Below are positions 7,610 to 15,845 of a DNA stretch of 25,324 nt, one piece after another. Under the pieces are notes generated by a model. The model saw only the letters and a program-made list of their open reading frames with translations, was not told the origin of the DNA and did no database searches. Numbering within the stretch: position 1 is the stretch's first letter; each line of letters starts with the position of its first letter. The stretch comes from a virus. Taxonomy: Duplodnaviria > Caudoviricetes. The translations under genes and the position numbers were made by a program. The stretch lies in IMG/VR virus record IMGVR_UViG_3300011438_000038, positions 1-25,324 of that record. The stretch is one strand, 5' to 3'.

Positions 7610-8059
7610 ATGAAAAAGCTACTTTTTGCAATCACCATCTTATTTATTACCATGGCCATGGTATTTTTTCCTGTTTCAAAAACAATAGCACAGGCCACCA
7701 TGACGCAGACCGGAACCTCCGGTGCTTCAAAAACGACTAATACAAATACCGATACCAGCTATCACAGATCAGATCTGGCCGGGCAAACAAACAATTTTGC
7801 AAATCTTACTATACAAGCTGTTGTTACAAAAACATCAGGTACTGTTGCAGGTTCAGCCATTTTATATGCAAGCCTTGATAATAGTAACTGGACAGCCATT
7901 GGATCGGATACATTAACATTAGCTAACCAAGCAACCAATTTTCATTTATGGCATGTAACAAGCTCGCTTTATCGGTATTACAGGATTACGGTATTAACAT
8001 CCGGAACACAGGTAAGTAGTGCAGTTTGCAAATTATTGGGTCGAAAGGTTGCTAATTAA
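7610..8059 (+). CDS. Signal-peptide-bearing beta-sandwich protein in the head-decoration slot
   Basis: MKKLLFAITILFITMAMVFFPVSKTIA|Q, then a Thr/Ser-rich beta protein with discoidin/jelly-roll-like ASLDNSNW and YRYYRI motifs. Confidence 0.7.
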   Translation: MKKLLFAITILFITMAMVFFPVSKTIAQATMTQTGTSGASKTTNTNTDTSYHRSDLAGQTNNFANLTIQAVVTKTSGTVAGSAILYASLDNSNWTAIGSDTLTLANQATNFHLWHVTSSLYRYYRITVLTSGTQVSSAVCKLLGRKVAN

Positions 8060-8091
8060 AAAATATTCTGTAACACTATAAAAACTTTAAA

Positions 8092-8976
8092 ATGGCCACT
8101 TATGATCTTTCAGCTTTAACAACTGCCTTTGTTGGCGGTGCAGAAGCTTTTGGCAAAGAACTTCTGAATTGGGATATCCGCAGTATGGGTGTCCAGGTTC
8201 GCACCAATGTAAATACACCCCAGGCAATGGCTAAATTTGAAGCCGATGGAGAACCACAGCCATATCGCAAGCAGGATGATTTTAATGGCGGAACTTTCAC
8301 CGATCGGGTATTGACGGCCTATCAATCAAAATATGACCAGGAATTGGATGCTGAAGATTTTCGCAATACATATCTGGCAGAATTGCCCGAAATGCCTTTT
8401 GAGCAATTTGCAGTTAACCAGGCAGGCCGACAATTTTTGGAAGCCCTCATGAAAAATACTTTATGGACCGGTGTTCGCAATGGCGCCGGCACAACCTCCG
8501 CCGATATTTGTGATGGTTGGGGAACTATTATTGCGGCAGAAGTTATTGGTGGCGGTCTTACTGAAGTGGCAACAGGAGCTATTACCAGCGCAAATGCTGT
8601 CACAAAGGTTGAGCAAGTTGCTGATGCGGTACCAACTTTTATGAAGCAAAAGGGTTTCAGAATATTATCCAGTTTTGATGTTTTGGAAAAATATCGCAAG
8701 CATTATCGCACTCTTAATGCTTTTGGATTTAATAAAAACGAACGTGGCCAATATCTACTTGATGGTATTAATGCCGTGCTTCAGCCGGTTGCATTTATGG
8801 GCACCAGCCAGCGCCTGGTAGCAACCTGGGATGGAAATCTGGTATTTGGAACTGATCTTGAAAGGCTGAGCATGTTCCCTACGCCGCATTTGAATTTATT
8901 GAGGAACCGGATATTATTTCCTGCCGGTTGCCAGATTCGCGATCTGGATGTGATCACGATCAATGACCAGGCTTAA
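8092..8976 (+). CDS. Major capsid protein (HK97 fold, inferred)
   Basis: 294 aa, follows protease and scaffold. The ICDGWGT segment and C-terminal beta pattern are compatible with a capsid protein. Confidence 0.75.
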   Translation: MATYDLSALTTAFVGGAEAFGKELLNWDIRSMGVQVRTNVNTPQAMAKFEADGEPQPYRKQDDFNGGTFTDRVLTAYQSKYDQELDAEDFRNTYLAELPEMPFEQFAVNQAGRQFLEALMKNTLWTGVRNGAGTTSADICDGWGTIIAAEVIGGGLTEVATGAITSANAVTKVEQVADAVPTFMKQKGFRILSSFDVLEKYRKHYRTLNAFGFNKNERGQYLLDGINAVLQPVAFMGTSQRLVATWDGNLVFGTDLERLSMFPTPHLNLLRNRILFPAGCQIRDLDVITINDQA

Positions 8977-9054
8977 TTCATTAAAAATAGTGAAGGGCCA
9001 GTCAAAACTCCAATTCTGCAACGTACCGGCTCTTCCTTCGTAAAAAAATTTTTT

Positions 9055-9294
9055 ATGGGAAGAAGAAAAATTAACAAACCTGCGAAATCCGAACCCAAAG
9101 TTGCTCTTACCGGGGAAAATATTTTTGAATATGAAAGCAAAAGATATAAAGTGTTGAAACATGCGCTTCATATTCCTGATATAGGCAAATTAACGGCGGC
9201 TGATATTTGCGCCGATACTGAAGATTCAAAGCGGGCGCAAAAGCATTTGGTTGAGCATTGTGTAGGATCCTCTGTAGAAGAAGTGATTGAATAA
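9055..9294 (+). CDS. Small hypothetical phage protein
   Basis: 79-aa ORF between the capsid and tube genes. Confidence 0.65.
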   Translation: MGRRKINKPAKSEPKVALTGENIFEYESKRYKVLKHALHIPDIGKLTAADICADTEDSKRAQKHLVEHCVGSSVEEVIE

Positions 9295-9347
9295 TTATAA
9301 ACCTCCCTTGCTTCCCTTGAGGGGCCGGGGGCAAACTTTTAAATAAA

Positions 9348-9890
9348 ATGGCAAATTTCAGCCACATTACTACCAATACCAATGTAAAGGCCATCCGCGG
9401 CGGCTATAAAGATTTTCTTTATTTCTGCCCCCTGACTGATTTTGATGTTATTGCAAAGCCATTGCCTGTACCTCTTACGCTTGGTGATGCCGTCACCATT
9501 AATGGTGATCATACTTTTTTAAATACAAATGGATTTTTTAAATGGGAGCTTAAACAAAAATCACCTACCATTAAAGGCGTTTCGGTAGGCGACCCCGGGG
9601 CCAAGCTGGTTGAATATACAGGTGAAGTAACCATCCTGGGCGATGAAGCCACTACCCAGGAACAACTTGAGCGCATATTGAATACAAAAGGAATTTGCCT
9701 TTTAAAAGATGCCAATTGCCTGGCAGCAGATGAATATGCTCAATTGGGTGATGAATGCGATACGCCAGAATTTACAGTTGAGTTTGATGGCAAAAAGACT
9801 TCTGAAGGCTTGAAGGAATATAAGCTGAGTATTAAAGTGGTGGCTGCAAAATATAAATATACCGGCGCCGTGGTTGAATCAACTGCATAA
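9348..9890 (+). CDS. Putative major tail tube protein
   Basis: 180 aa, acidic and beta-rich, QLGD motif, located upstream of the tape measure. Confidence 0.6.
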   Translation: MANFSHITTNTNVKAIRGGYKDFLYFCPLTDFDVIAKPLPVPLTLGDAVTINGDHTFLNTNGFFKWELKQKSPTIKGVSVGDPGAKLVEYTGEVTILGDEATTQEQLERILNTKGICLLKDANCLAADEYAQLGDECDTPEFTVEFDGKKTSEGLKEYKLSIKVVAAKYKYTGAVVESTA

Positions 9891-9899
9891 AATTTCTAT

Positions 9900-10133
9900 A
9901 TGAAAATCATTTTTAAAAAAATGGATGTGGCCCAAAAATTTGAAACCGATTACGCATCGGATCCTATTGTTCATTTACCAGGTGGTAAAGAGGGCAATGG
10001 ATGGAAGGGGCGGCTTTCTGAAATTCCACTAGAGCAGGCGGAGCGATGGATTGGCAGACCAGGACAAAATTTATTAAGATTAAAACCACCTGCAGAGGCA
10101 AAACAAAAGGCAGAGAAACCAGTTAAAGAATAA
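9900..10133 (+). CDS. Small hypothetical phage protein
   Basis: 77-aa ORF immediately after the tube gene, followed by a terminator. Confidence 0.65.
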   Translation: MKIIFKKMDVAQKFETDYASDPIVHLPGGKEGNGWKGRLSEIPLEQAERWIGRPGQNLLRLKPPAEAKQKAEKPVKE

Positions 10134-10157
10134 ATATTTTGTTGCTATGAAAACATG

Positions 10158-10192
10158 AAAGTCTCGTCTCGATTTCCGGGACGGGACTTTTT
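10158..10192 (+). terminator. Intrinsic terminator after capsid/tube genes
   Basis: AAAGTCTCGTCTCG-atttc-CGGGACGGGACTTT (two G-U pairs), U-tract 10188-10192. Confidence 0.75.
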
Positions 10193-10206
10193 GCTTAAAA
10201 AAGAAT

Positions 10207-10659
10207 ATGGCACTCAATTTTGAAAAACAAAATGAACGGGTAATTGAATGGGGCGATAGAACCACGGCCAGGTTTGCAAATATCGGCAATGCATTGGGTA
10301 TTGTTCATAGAGCAGATAGCCCCAGTTCCGGAGCATCACTTTCTAAAATAAAAGATAAGTTCAAATATAAAGATGGCATAATTGAAGTAGTGAGTTTTAA
10401 ATTTCCCAGGTCATTGATCTGGCCACATAAAGGAGCAGGCAAAGGAATGGGCGGTAATAAGGGCAGCAGCTGGGTAGATAAATATGGCCAGCGACATACA
10501 ACAGATAGTAAAAGTTTTGGCAAGGCCGGCACAGGGAATAGAAGGGCAAAGCCCTGGTTTAACCAAACCATCGAAGGTGTCAAGGGAGTAGATGAGTTGG
10601 CCACCATTGTAGCAGAAGAAACTGGAGATGCAATTGTAAATAATTTATTTATCAGGTAA
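10207..10659 (+). CDS. Putative neck/tail-completion protein (HK97 gp10-like)
   Basis: Basic 150-aa protein with H-KG-GKG and C-terminal RRAKPWFN motif reminiscent of this class. Confidence 0.5.
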   Translation: MALNFEKQNERVIEWGDRTTARFANIGNALGIVHRADSPSSGASLSKIKDKFKYKDGIIEVVSFKFPRSLIWPHKGAGKGMGGNKGSSWVDKYGQRHTTDSKSFGKAGTGNRRAKPWFNQTIEGVKGVDELATIVAEETGDAIVNNLFIR

Positions 10660-10695
10660 TCATTTCCCCCACCGGGGGAAAAATAAAGGAGGCAT

Positions 10696-13572
10696 ATGGC
10701 AAATGAAATTGTAAACCGAACGGTAAATGTATTTATACAAAGCGGAGAGGCACAAAAGGCTTATGATGTTTTAATTGCCAAAGAAAAAAAGTTGAATGAT
10801 GAATTGGCCAAGACTACTGATCCCAAAAAAATAAAGCAATTACAAACTGAACTCTCCAAATTATCTGAGCCAATTGACAGGGCAGGTAAAAAATTAAGAG
10901 GCGAGCTAAATCCTTCATTTAAAGATGTTCAAAAAACTGTTAATGATCTTGGTAATCGTTTAAAAAGAATGAGCACGCAGGATGCTGATTACACTAAGAT
11001 ATTGCAGCAATATACCCAGGCAAATATTTTATTACAGGAACAGAAAGCGCAAATCAATGGACTTGCAAAATCACAGAGTTTACTTGGCAAAATATTCACC
11101 GGTGCTTTTCTGGGTAACATAGCAGCGCAGGCATTGGGTAAAATAAAAAATCTTTTTTCTGATGTAATTGAAGAGGCAATTGAGGCTGATATAAAAACAC
11201 AGAAATTCAAAAATACGCTGGATACAATTGGTCGATCTGATGCATTTAAAAGACTTGCCGATGCAGCGGATACTCTCCAGAAGAAATTTACATTTCTTGA
11301 TAATGATGATATCATTGATGTTTTTAGAAAGTTAATAGATTTCGGAGGCCTTACAGAAAATCAGATTCGTGCATTAACACCGGTTATAATTGATTTTGCT
11401 ACAAAAACCGGCCAATCATTAGAAGAAGCATCAAATCAAATAATACAAGCAATTGGTGGAGGCAAAATAAGTGGAGAATTGAGAAGATTTGGTATAGATC
11501 TAAAAAATACAAAAGACGAAGGTGGAAGGTTGAATGTGATAATGACTCAGTTAAAAGAAAAAGTGGATGGTGCCGGTGAAGCATTTGCAAAAACAGCATC
11601 AGGTGGTATTGCCTCAACAAAACAGGAATTCAAGGACCTAAAAGAAGAAATCGGTAGCGGATTGCTTCCAGTTCTAAATTCTGTATTAAGATTTTTCGTA
11701 CATGCTGCTGAAGGCGCTAAACAATTCGCAATAGATATCGCCAATTTTTTTGAAGATGCATTTGGCGGTGCACAGGGTGCCGCAAATAAAGCTATTAGGG
11801 ATGTAGAAAAAATAGAAAAAATAAATAAACAGATAGGAAGAGAAGCAGCCGAAAAATTTATTGGATCTGAAAAAAATGTGATTGATGATGAAATAAAAAA
11901 ATTAGAAAATGAAATACCTACTCTTGAAAAAGCTATTGCCGCTAAAAAACGCGCTATAAAAGAAGGATTCGCAAATGAAAATGATCCAGCGGAATTAGAA
12001 CAACGTCGGTCAAGATTAACGGCATTCAAAGAAGAGCTTATGGTTCTGAAATCTCTTGAATCTGGATTAAAACTTGGATCTCATGCTACCCAGGATTTAG
12101 ATAAAGAAACTGATAACCTCATTGAAGATCAAAAACGGCTAGCACAGGAATTAAGAAAGATAGCTGCTTCTCTGATACCTGAAGGGCTAATAAAAGATTT
12201 GGCTGTTCTTGATGAACGATATGATGAATTGCGCAAACGGTCAAAAGGAAATGCGCAAAATTTACTGGAAATAGAAAGGCTATATCAGATTGAGCGCATT
12301 CGGCTAATTGATAAATATGTGAAAGATTCTGCTGAAAAATCTGCCAGGCTTGATGAGGAACAAAAACAAAGAATATTAAAAATTGCTATTGAAAATAATA
12401 AGCGCCTAAGTGAAGCTTTAATAAAAAATGATCCTCGGGTAGAAGTATTAAATCAGGAGTTTGCTTTTTTCAAACAACTTACTACTTCAAAAAAACAGGA
12501 ACTTGAAAATCAAAAACGGAATGAGCTTTCTTCTTTAGAAGATTTGCTTGGAGCAAAAATAATTTCTCAACAAGAATATGAAATTGCAGTAGAAGCACTT
12601 CATAAAAAATATGTAGATCAGCAATTAGATATTGATCTCCAACATGTCATTGCATTTGTACAACAAGCTTTAAACATTTTTACCACATTCGCACAATTAA
12701 AAACTGATAGTGAAAATGCAGAATTAGAAAATGATCGCAAACGTAATGATAAGAAAAAATCCAATCTTGAAAAAAGACTAAAGACAGGAATAATTACGCA
12801 ATTACAATATGATCGTGATTTACAAAAAATTGAAAAAGACCAGGAAAACCGGGAAAAAGAAATTCATAAAAGGCAATTTCGCAGACAGCAGCTGGCAGAT
12901 TTGGCACAAGCCGGTATTAATGGTGCTTTGGCCATTACCAGCACGCTTGCTGCAAAGCCAGGCCCGGCAGATGTTGTTACATTCGGTATTTTAAGAGCCA
13001 TTCAGGTAGGGTTGGTGATTGCAGCCACTGCGGCACAAATTGCATTGATTGCATCAAAAAAGCCACCCGAGCTTGCAAAGGGTGGTAAATTAGGTGGTTA
13101 TAGTCATTATGAAGGGGGGAATGCCATTATTGATAATAGCGGAAGAAAGATAGCAGAAATTGAAGCCGGCGAAGGCATTACCAATAAATATACCATGGCC
13201 GATCGAAAAATCTATTCTGCTACCGGCACACCTTCCCAGATCATCAGCCGGCTAAATAGTTTGCACGGTGGTGTAAATTGGGAAAATGGCGCTACATTAA
13301 TGCCTCAATGGAGAATAATTAGCCCTCAGAGAATGAATTTTGCGGCCATGAAAAAAATGTATGCTGAAGGGGGAATATTTCAATCCGGACCCACCAGGCA
13401 AGATTCGGCCAATAATGAAGTGTTAAATAATCTGGCTATAGTGGTTTCAAATATGCAAATCACTATGGATAATATTCAAAAAAATGGTATTGTCGCCTAT
13501 ACTCTTCTTACTCAAACCGAAAAACAACAGGCCCGTCTCGATGCTATACGCAATGATGCAACAATGAAATAA
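10696..13572 (+). CDS. Tail tape measure protein
   Basis: 958 aa, largely helical/coiled coil, Ala/Gly-rich hydrophobic patches, C-terminal AKGG..SHYEGG and YAEGG motifs. Confidence 0.88.
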   Translation: MANEIVNRTVNVFIQSGEAQKAYDVLIAKEKKLNDELAKTTDPKKIKQLQTELSKLSEPIDRAGKKLRGELNPSFKDVQKTVNDLGNRLKRMSTQDADYTKILQQYTQANILLQEQKAQINGLAKSQSLLGKIFTGAFLGNIAAQALGKIKNLFSDVIEEAIEADIKTQKFKNTLDTIGRSDAFKRLADAADTLQKKFTFLDNDDIIDVFRKLIDFGGLTENQIRALTPVIIDFATKTGQSLEEASNQIIQAIGGGKISGELRRFGIDLKNTKDEGGRLNVIMTQLKEKVDGAGEAFAKTASGGIASTKQEFKDLKEEIGSGLLPVLNSVLRFFVHAAEGAKQFAIDIANFFEDAFGGAQGAANKAIRDVEKIEKINKQIGREAAEKFIGSEKNVIDDEIKKLENEIPTLEKAIAAKKRAIKEGFANENDPAELEQRRSRLTAFKEELMVLKSLESGLKLGSHATQDLDKETDNLIEDQKRLAQELRKIAASLIPEGLIKDLAVLDERYDELRKRSKGNAQNLLEIERLYQIERIRLIDKYVKDSAEKSARLDEEQKQRILKIAIENNKRLSEALIKNDPRVEVLNQEFAFFKQLTTSKKQELENQKRNELSSLEDLLGAKIISQQEYEIAVEALHKKYVDQQLDIDLQHVIAFVQQALNIFTTFAQLKTDSENAELENDRKRNDKKKSNLEKRLKTGIITQLQYDRDLQKIEKDQENREKEIHKRQFRRQQLADLAQAGINGALAITSTLAAKPGPADVVTFGILRAIQVGLVIAATAAQIALIASKKPPELAKGGKLGGYSHYEGGNAIIDNSGRKIAEIEAGEGITNKYTMADRKIYSATGTPSQIISRLNSLHGGVNWENGATLMPQWRIISPQRMNFAAMKKMYAEGGIFQSGPTRQDSANNEVLNNLAIVVSNMQITMDNIQKNGIVAYTLLTQTEKQQARLDAIRNDATMK

Positions 13573-13592
13573 GGGCTTGACAATTTATAACC

Positions 13593-13617
13593 AAAGCCCT
13601 ATCTTGGTAGGGCTTTT
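13593..13617 (+). terminator. Terminator after tape measure, overlapping a probable moron promoter
   Basis: AAAGCCCTA-tcttgg-TAGGGCTTT(T). Confidence 0.6.
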
Positions 13618-13630
13618 AAATCTTTATTTT

Positions 13631-13969
13631 ATGGAATGGATAATAATATACTTAATTTTTTGTGCACTCATTGGTTATGGCGCTGCTGGAACTAATCTTG
13701 GTTTTTGGGGCGGTTTTTTATTATCAATAATATTTACTCCTATTATAGGCTTTATAATAATGCTTTTTTATCCCAATAAAGGAAAACAAGAGGCAAGAGA
13801 TTTTCATACTCAGCAACAAACCGAATTATTAAAAAAGATTGCATCGTCTTCCCAAAACAAAGCAACTATAGAAGAACGATTATCTAAACTCGAAGAAGTA
13901 AAATCAAAGCAATTGATTACTGAAGAAGAATATCAACAGAAAAGAAATCAAATATTATCTGAGATATAA
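13631..13969 (+). CDS. Membrane protein with C-terminal SHOCT domain (moron-like)
   Basis: Start reassigned to ATG 13631. Two TM helices, then IEERLSKLEEVKSKQLITEEEYQQKRNQIL, which fits the SHOCT pattern. Confidence 0.8.
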   Translation: MEWIIIYLIFCALIGYGAAGTNLGFWGGFLLSIIFTPIIGFIIMLFYPNKGKQEARDFHTQQQTELLKKIASSSQNKATIEERLSKLEEVKSKQLITEEEYQQKRNQILSEI

Positions 13970-14059
13970 AATTCTTCCCTTTTATTGATGCAACTACCCT
14001 CTTGGTAGAATGTAGTTGCAAATCAAAAAATAAAAGCCAAATTAACTGATCTTCTTCCC

Positions 14060-14104
14060 TTTATTGTCCTTTCCTACCTGTTTACATCCGGCTAAATTTC
14101 CGCA
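14060..14104 (+). promoter_or_regulatory. Putative late promoter 2 (TTTATTGTCCTTTCCT box plus -7-like TAAATTTC)
   Basis: Same 16-mer and same spacing to the start codon as 6230-6274. Confidence 0.65.
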
Positions 14105-14434
14105 ATGGAAGAAACCATATTGCGGAGTATAGTCATGAAATTGATTGACGAGGGTGATCCTTTTGACCTGGTTTTTGTTACGGCCGACAGACGGCGCGGT
14201 ACCGGCGGTGAGCTAATATCAGTTACACAATGGACCAAGATGGATAGCGATGCGCCTATTGAAATTTTACCTGGTCGCTATCGTAAAAAAGCAAGGGCCA
14301 TGATAAAAAACCCCAATCACTGGGCTAACAAAACATTTAATATTTGGAGCCCGATCAACAAACTCAATCACCCGCACAAAGTTCACTTCCGTTTAATGCA
14401 ATTTTTTAACGGCAAACGAATTATAAATGGTTAG
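14105..14434 (+). CDS. Hypothetical basic phage protein preceding portal
   Basis: 109 aa with FVTADRRRGTGG and NPNHW motifs. Overlaps the portal start. Confidence 0.75.
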   Translation: MEETILRSIVMKLIDEGDPFDLVFVTADRRRGTGGELISVTQWTKMDSDAPIEILPGRYRKKARAMIKNPNHWANKTFNIWSPINKLNHPHKVHFRLMQFFNGKRIING

Positions 14435-15845
14435 AACTGTTGGCGGCTGCGGGCTTTCAAGTACCACCGGCGCTTTTTATATTGATATGGCGGCAGCTCC
14501 CAATGTTATGGCCACATCCGCTTTTGGCCCGCCTGCCCGTCAGTTGGAGTCAACTATTCCATTTGATAAAATGAAATTTATGCCCTGGAGCCCCTGGGGC
14601 GAGAATAATCTGCTGCCACAGCAAATGGTAATTGATATTGAAAGTTGTGGCATACTCAGTGGCATTATTGATGGCAAGGCCAGGTTTTCTCTTTGCGAAG
14701 GAATGGTGCCAGCCATTTGCAAGGTAGATACAACGGGTAAAAAAGTAATTGAACGAATTATAGATGATGCCGAAATAGTCGATTTTTTGGAAATGAACAA
14801 TCACTTCTATCAAACTTTTGCCTGGATGAAGGATCAGTGCGGCATTGGCAATGGTGTAGCCAGGTTTATGCTGGATAATGATTTTTCAAAAATTGTCTTA
14901 TTTCAACGTGATGATGTTACTGAAGTGAGATATCAAAAACAAGATGAAAAAACTGGTAAAATAAATAACCTTTATTACAGCGCTCAGTGGGATAAAGTAT
15001 TTAATGAGAAAGATAATAGAATATTCACCGTTCCATTGCTCGATCCTAATAATCCCCTGGCAGATCTGCAGCAAAAAGCAAAATCAAAGATAGCTGAGCA
15101 CTCAATGACCTTTCGCTACCCGGGTTGGGGTAAACATTATTATAGCGTGCCGCTCTGGTTTGCTGCTTATAAATGGGTAAAAATAGCCCAGGGAGTGCCC
15201 GAGATGAAGGCTGCCTTATTTCAAAACACTATGCGTATAAAATACATGGTGATCATTTATGAGCAATATTGGGATGATGCTTATGATGATTGGCAGGATA
15301 TTGATGATAAAACCAGGGAGGACCGCAGAAATGAACTCTATGATGAAATAGATCGCTGGCTCTCTGGGGCCAAAAATGCCCACAAAAGCATTTATGTTGA
15401 TGGAAAGATATCACTGGATGGCAAGCCAATACCTTTTATTGAGATAAAACCAATTGAGGATACAACAAAGCAAGGTGAATATTTACCCGATAGTGCGGCC
15501 GCTAATAGCGAAATAGCCTTTGCCATGCTATTTAATCCTTCTATTATTGGCGCTTCGCTTCCTTCCGGGCCATATACAAACAGCCAGGGAGGCAGCAATG
15601 TGAGAGAAAGCGTGTTGATGCAGATTATTATTCATGAGTTTGAGCGTAAGAGCGTGCAAAGGGTTATGAATGTAATAAAATATTTTAATGGATGGAACAT
15701 AACCTACCCGGGCATTGAATTTATTATTCCGGCAACCATAATGACAACACTTGATACCGGCGCTGGCAGCAAGCCGGTAGTAACCGGTGGATATCAGCAA
15801 AACAACAATAACAATGGCAATAATACGAACAGCGGCGGAAGCTAA
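14427..15845 (+). CDS. Portal protein
   Basis: 472 aa. PWGENNLLPQ, YYSVPLW, LSGAKNAHK, PSIIG and GSNVRE segments are in the order expected for a portal. Confidence 0.8.
   Translation: MVRTVGGCGLSSTTGAFYIDMAAAPNVMATSAFGPPARQLESTIPFDKMKFMPWSPWGENNLLPQQMVIDIESCGILSGIIDGKARFSLCEGMVPAICKVDTTGKKVIERIIDDAEIVDFLEMNNHFYQTFAWMKDQCGIGNGVARFMLDNDFSKIVLFQRDDVTEVRYQKQDEKTGKINNLYYSAQWDKVFNEKDNRIFTVPLLDPNNPLADLQQKAKSKIAEHSMTFRYPGWGKHYYSVPLWFAAYKWVKIAQGVPEMKAALFQNTMRIKYMVIIYEQYWDDAYDDWQDIDDKTREDRRNELYDEIDRWLSGAKNAHKSIYVDGKISLDGKPIPFIEIKPIEDTTKQGEYLPDSAAANSEIAFAMLFNPSIIGASLPSGPYTNSQGGSNVRESVLMQIIIHEFERKSVQRVMNVIKYFNGWNITYPGIEFIIPATIMTTLDTGAGSKPVVTGGYQQNNNNNGNNTNSGGS

Noticed and set aside
9900-10206. Programmed -1 frameshift tail chaperone pair
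   Set aside because: No correctly phased slippery heptamer with an extended downstream frame was seen, and a terminator follows the ORF.
13577-13630. TTG-started extension of the SHOCT gene
   Set aside because: It runs through the terminator/promoter region. ATG 13631 is more plausible.
15790-15845. Asn-rich low-complexity portal C-terminus
   Set aside because: Explained by overlap with the A-rich initiation region and start of the next gene.
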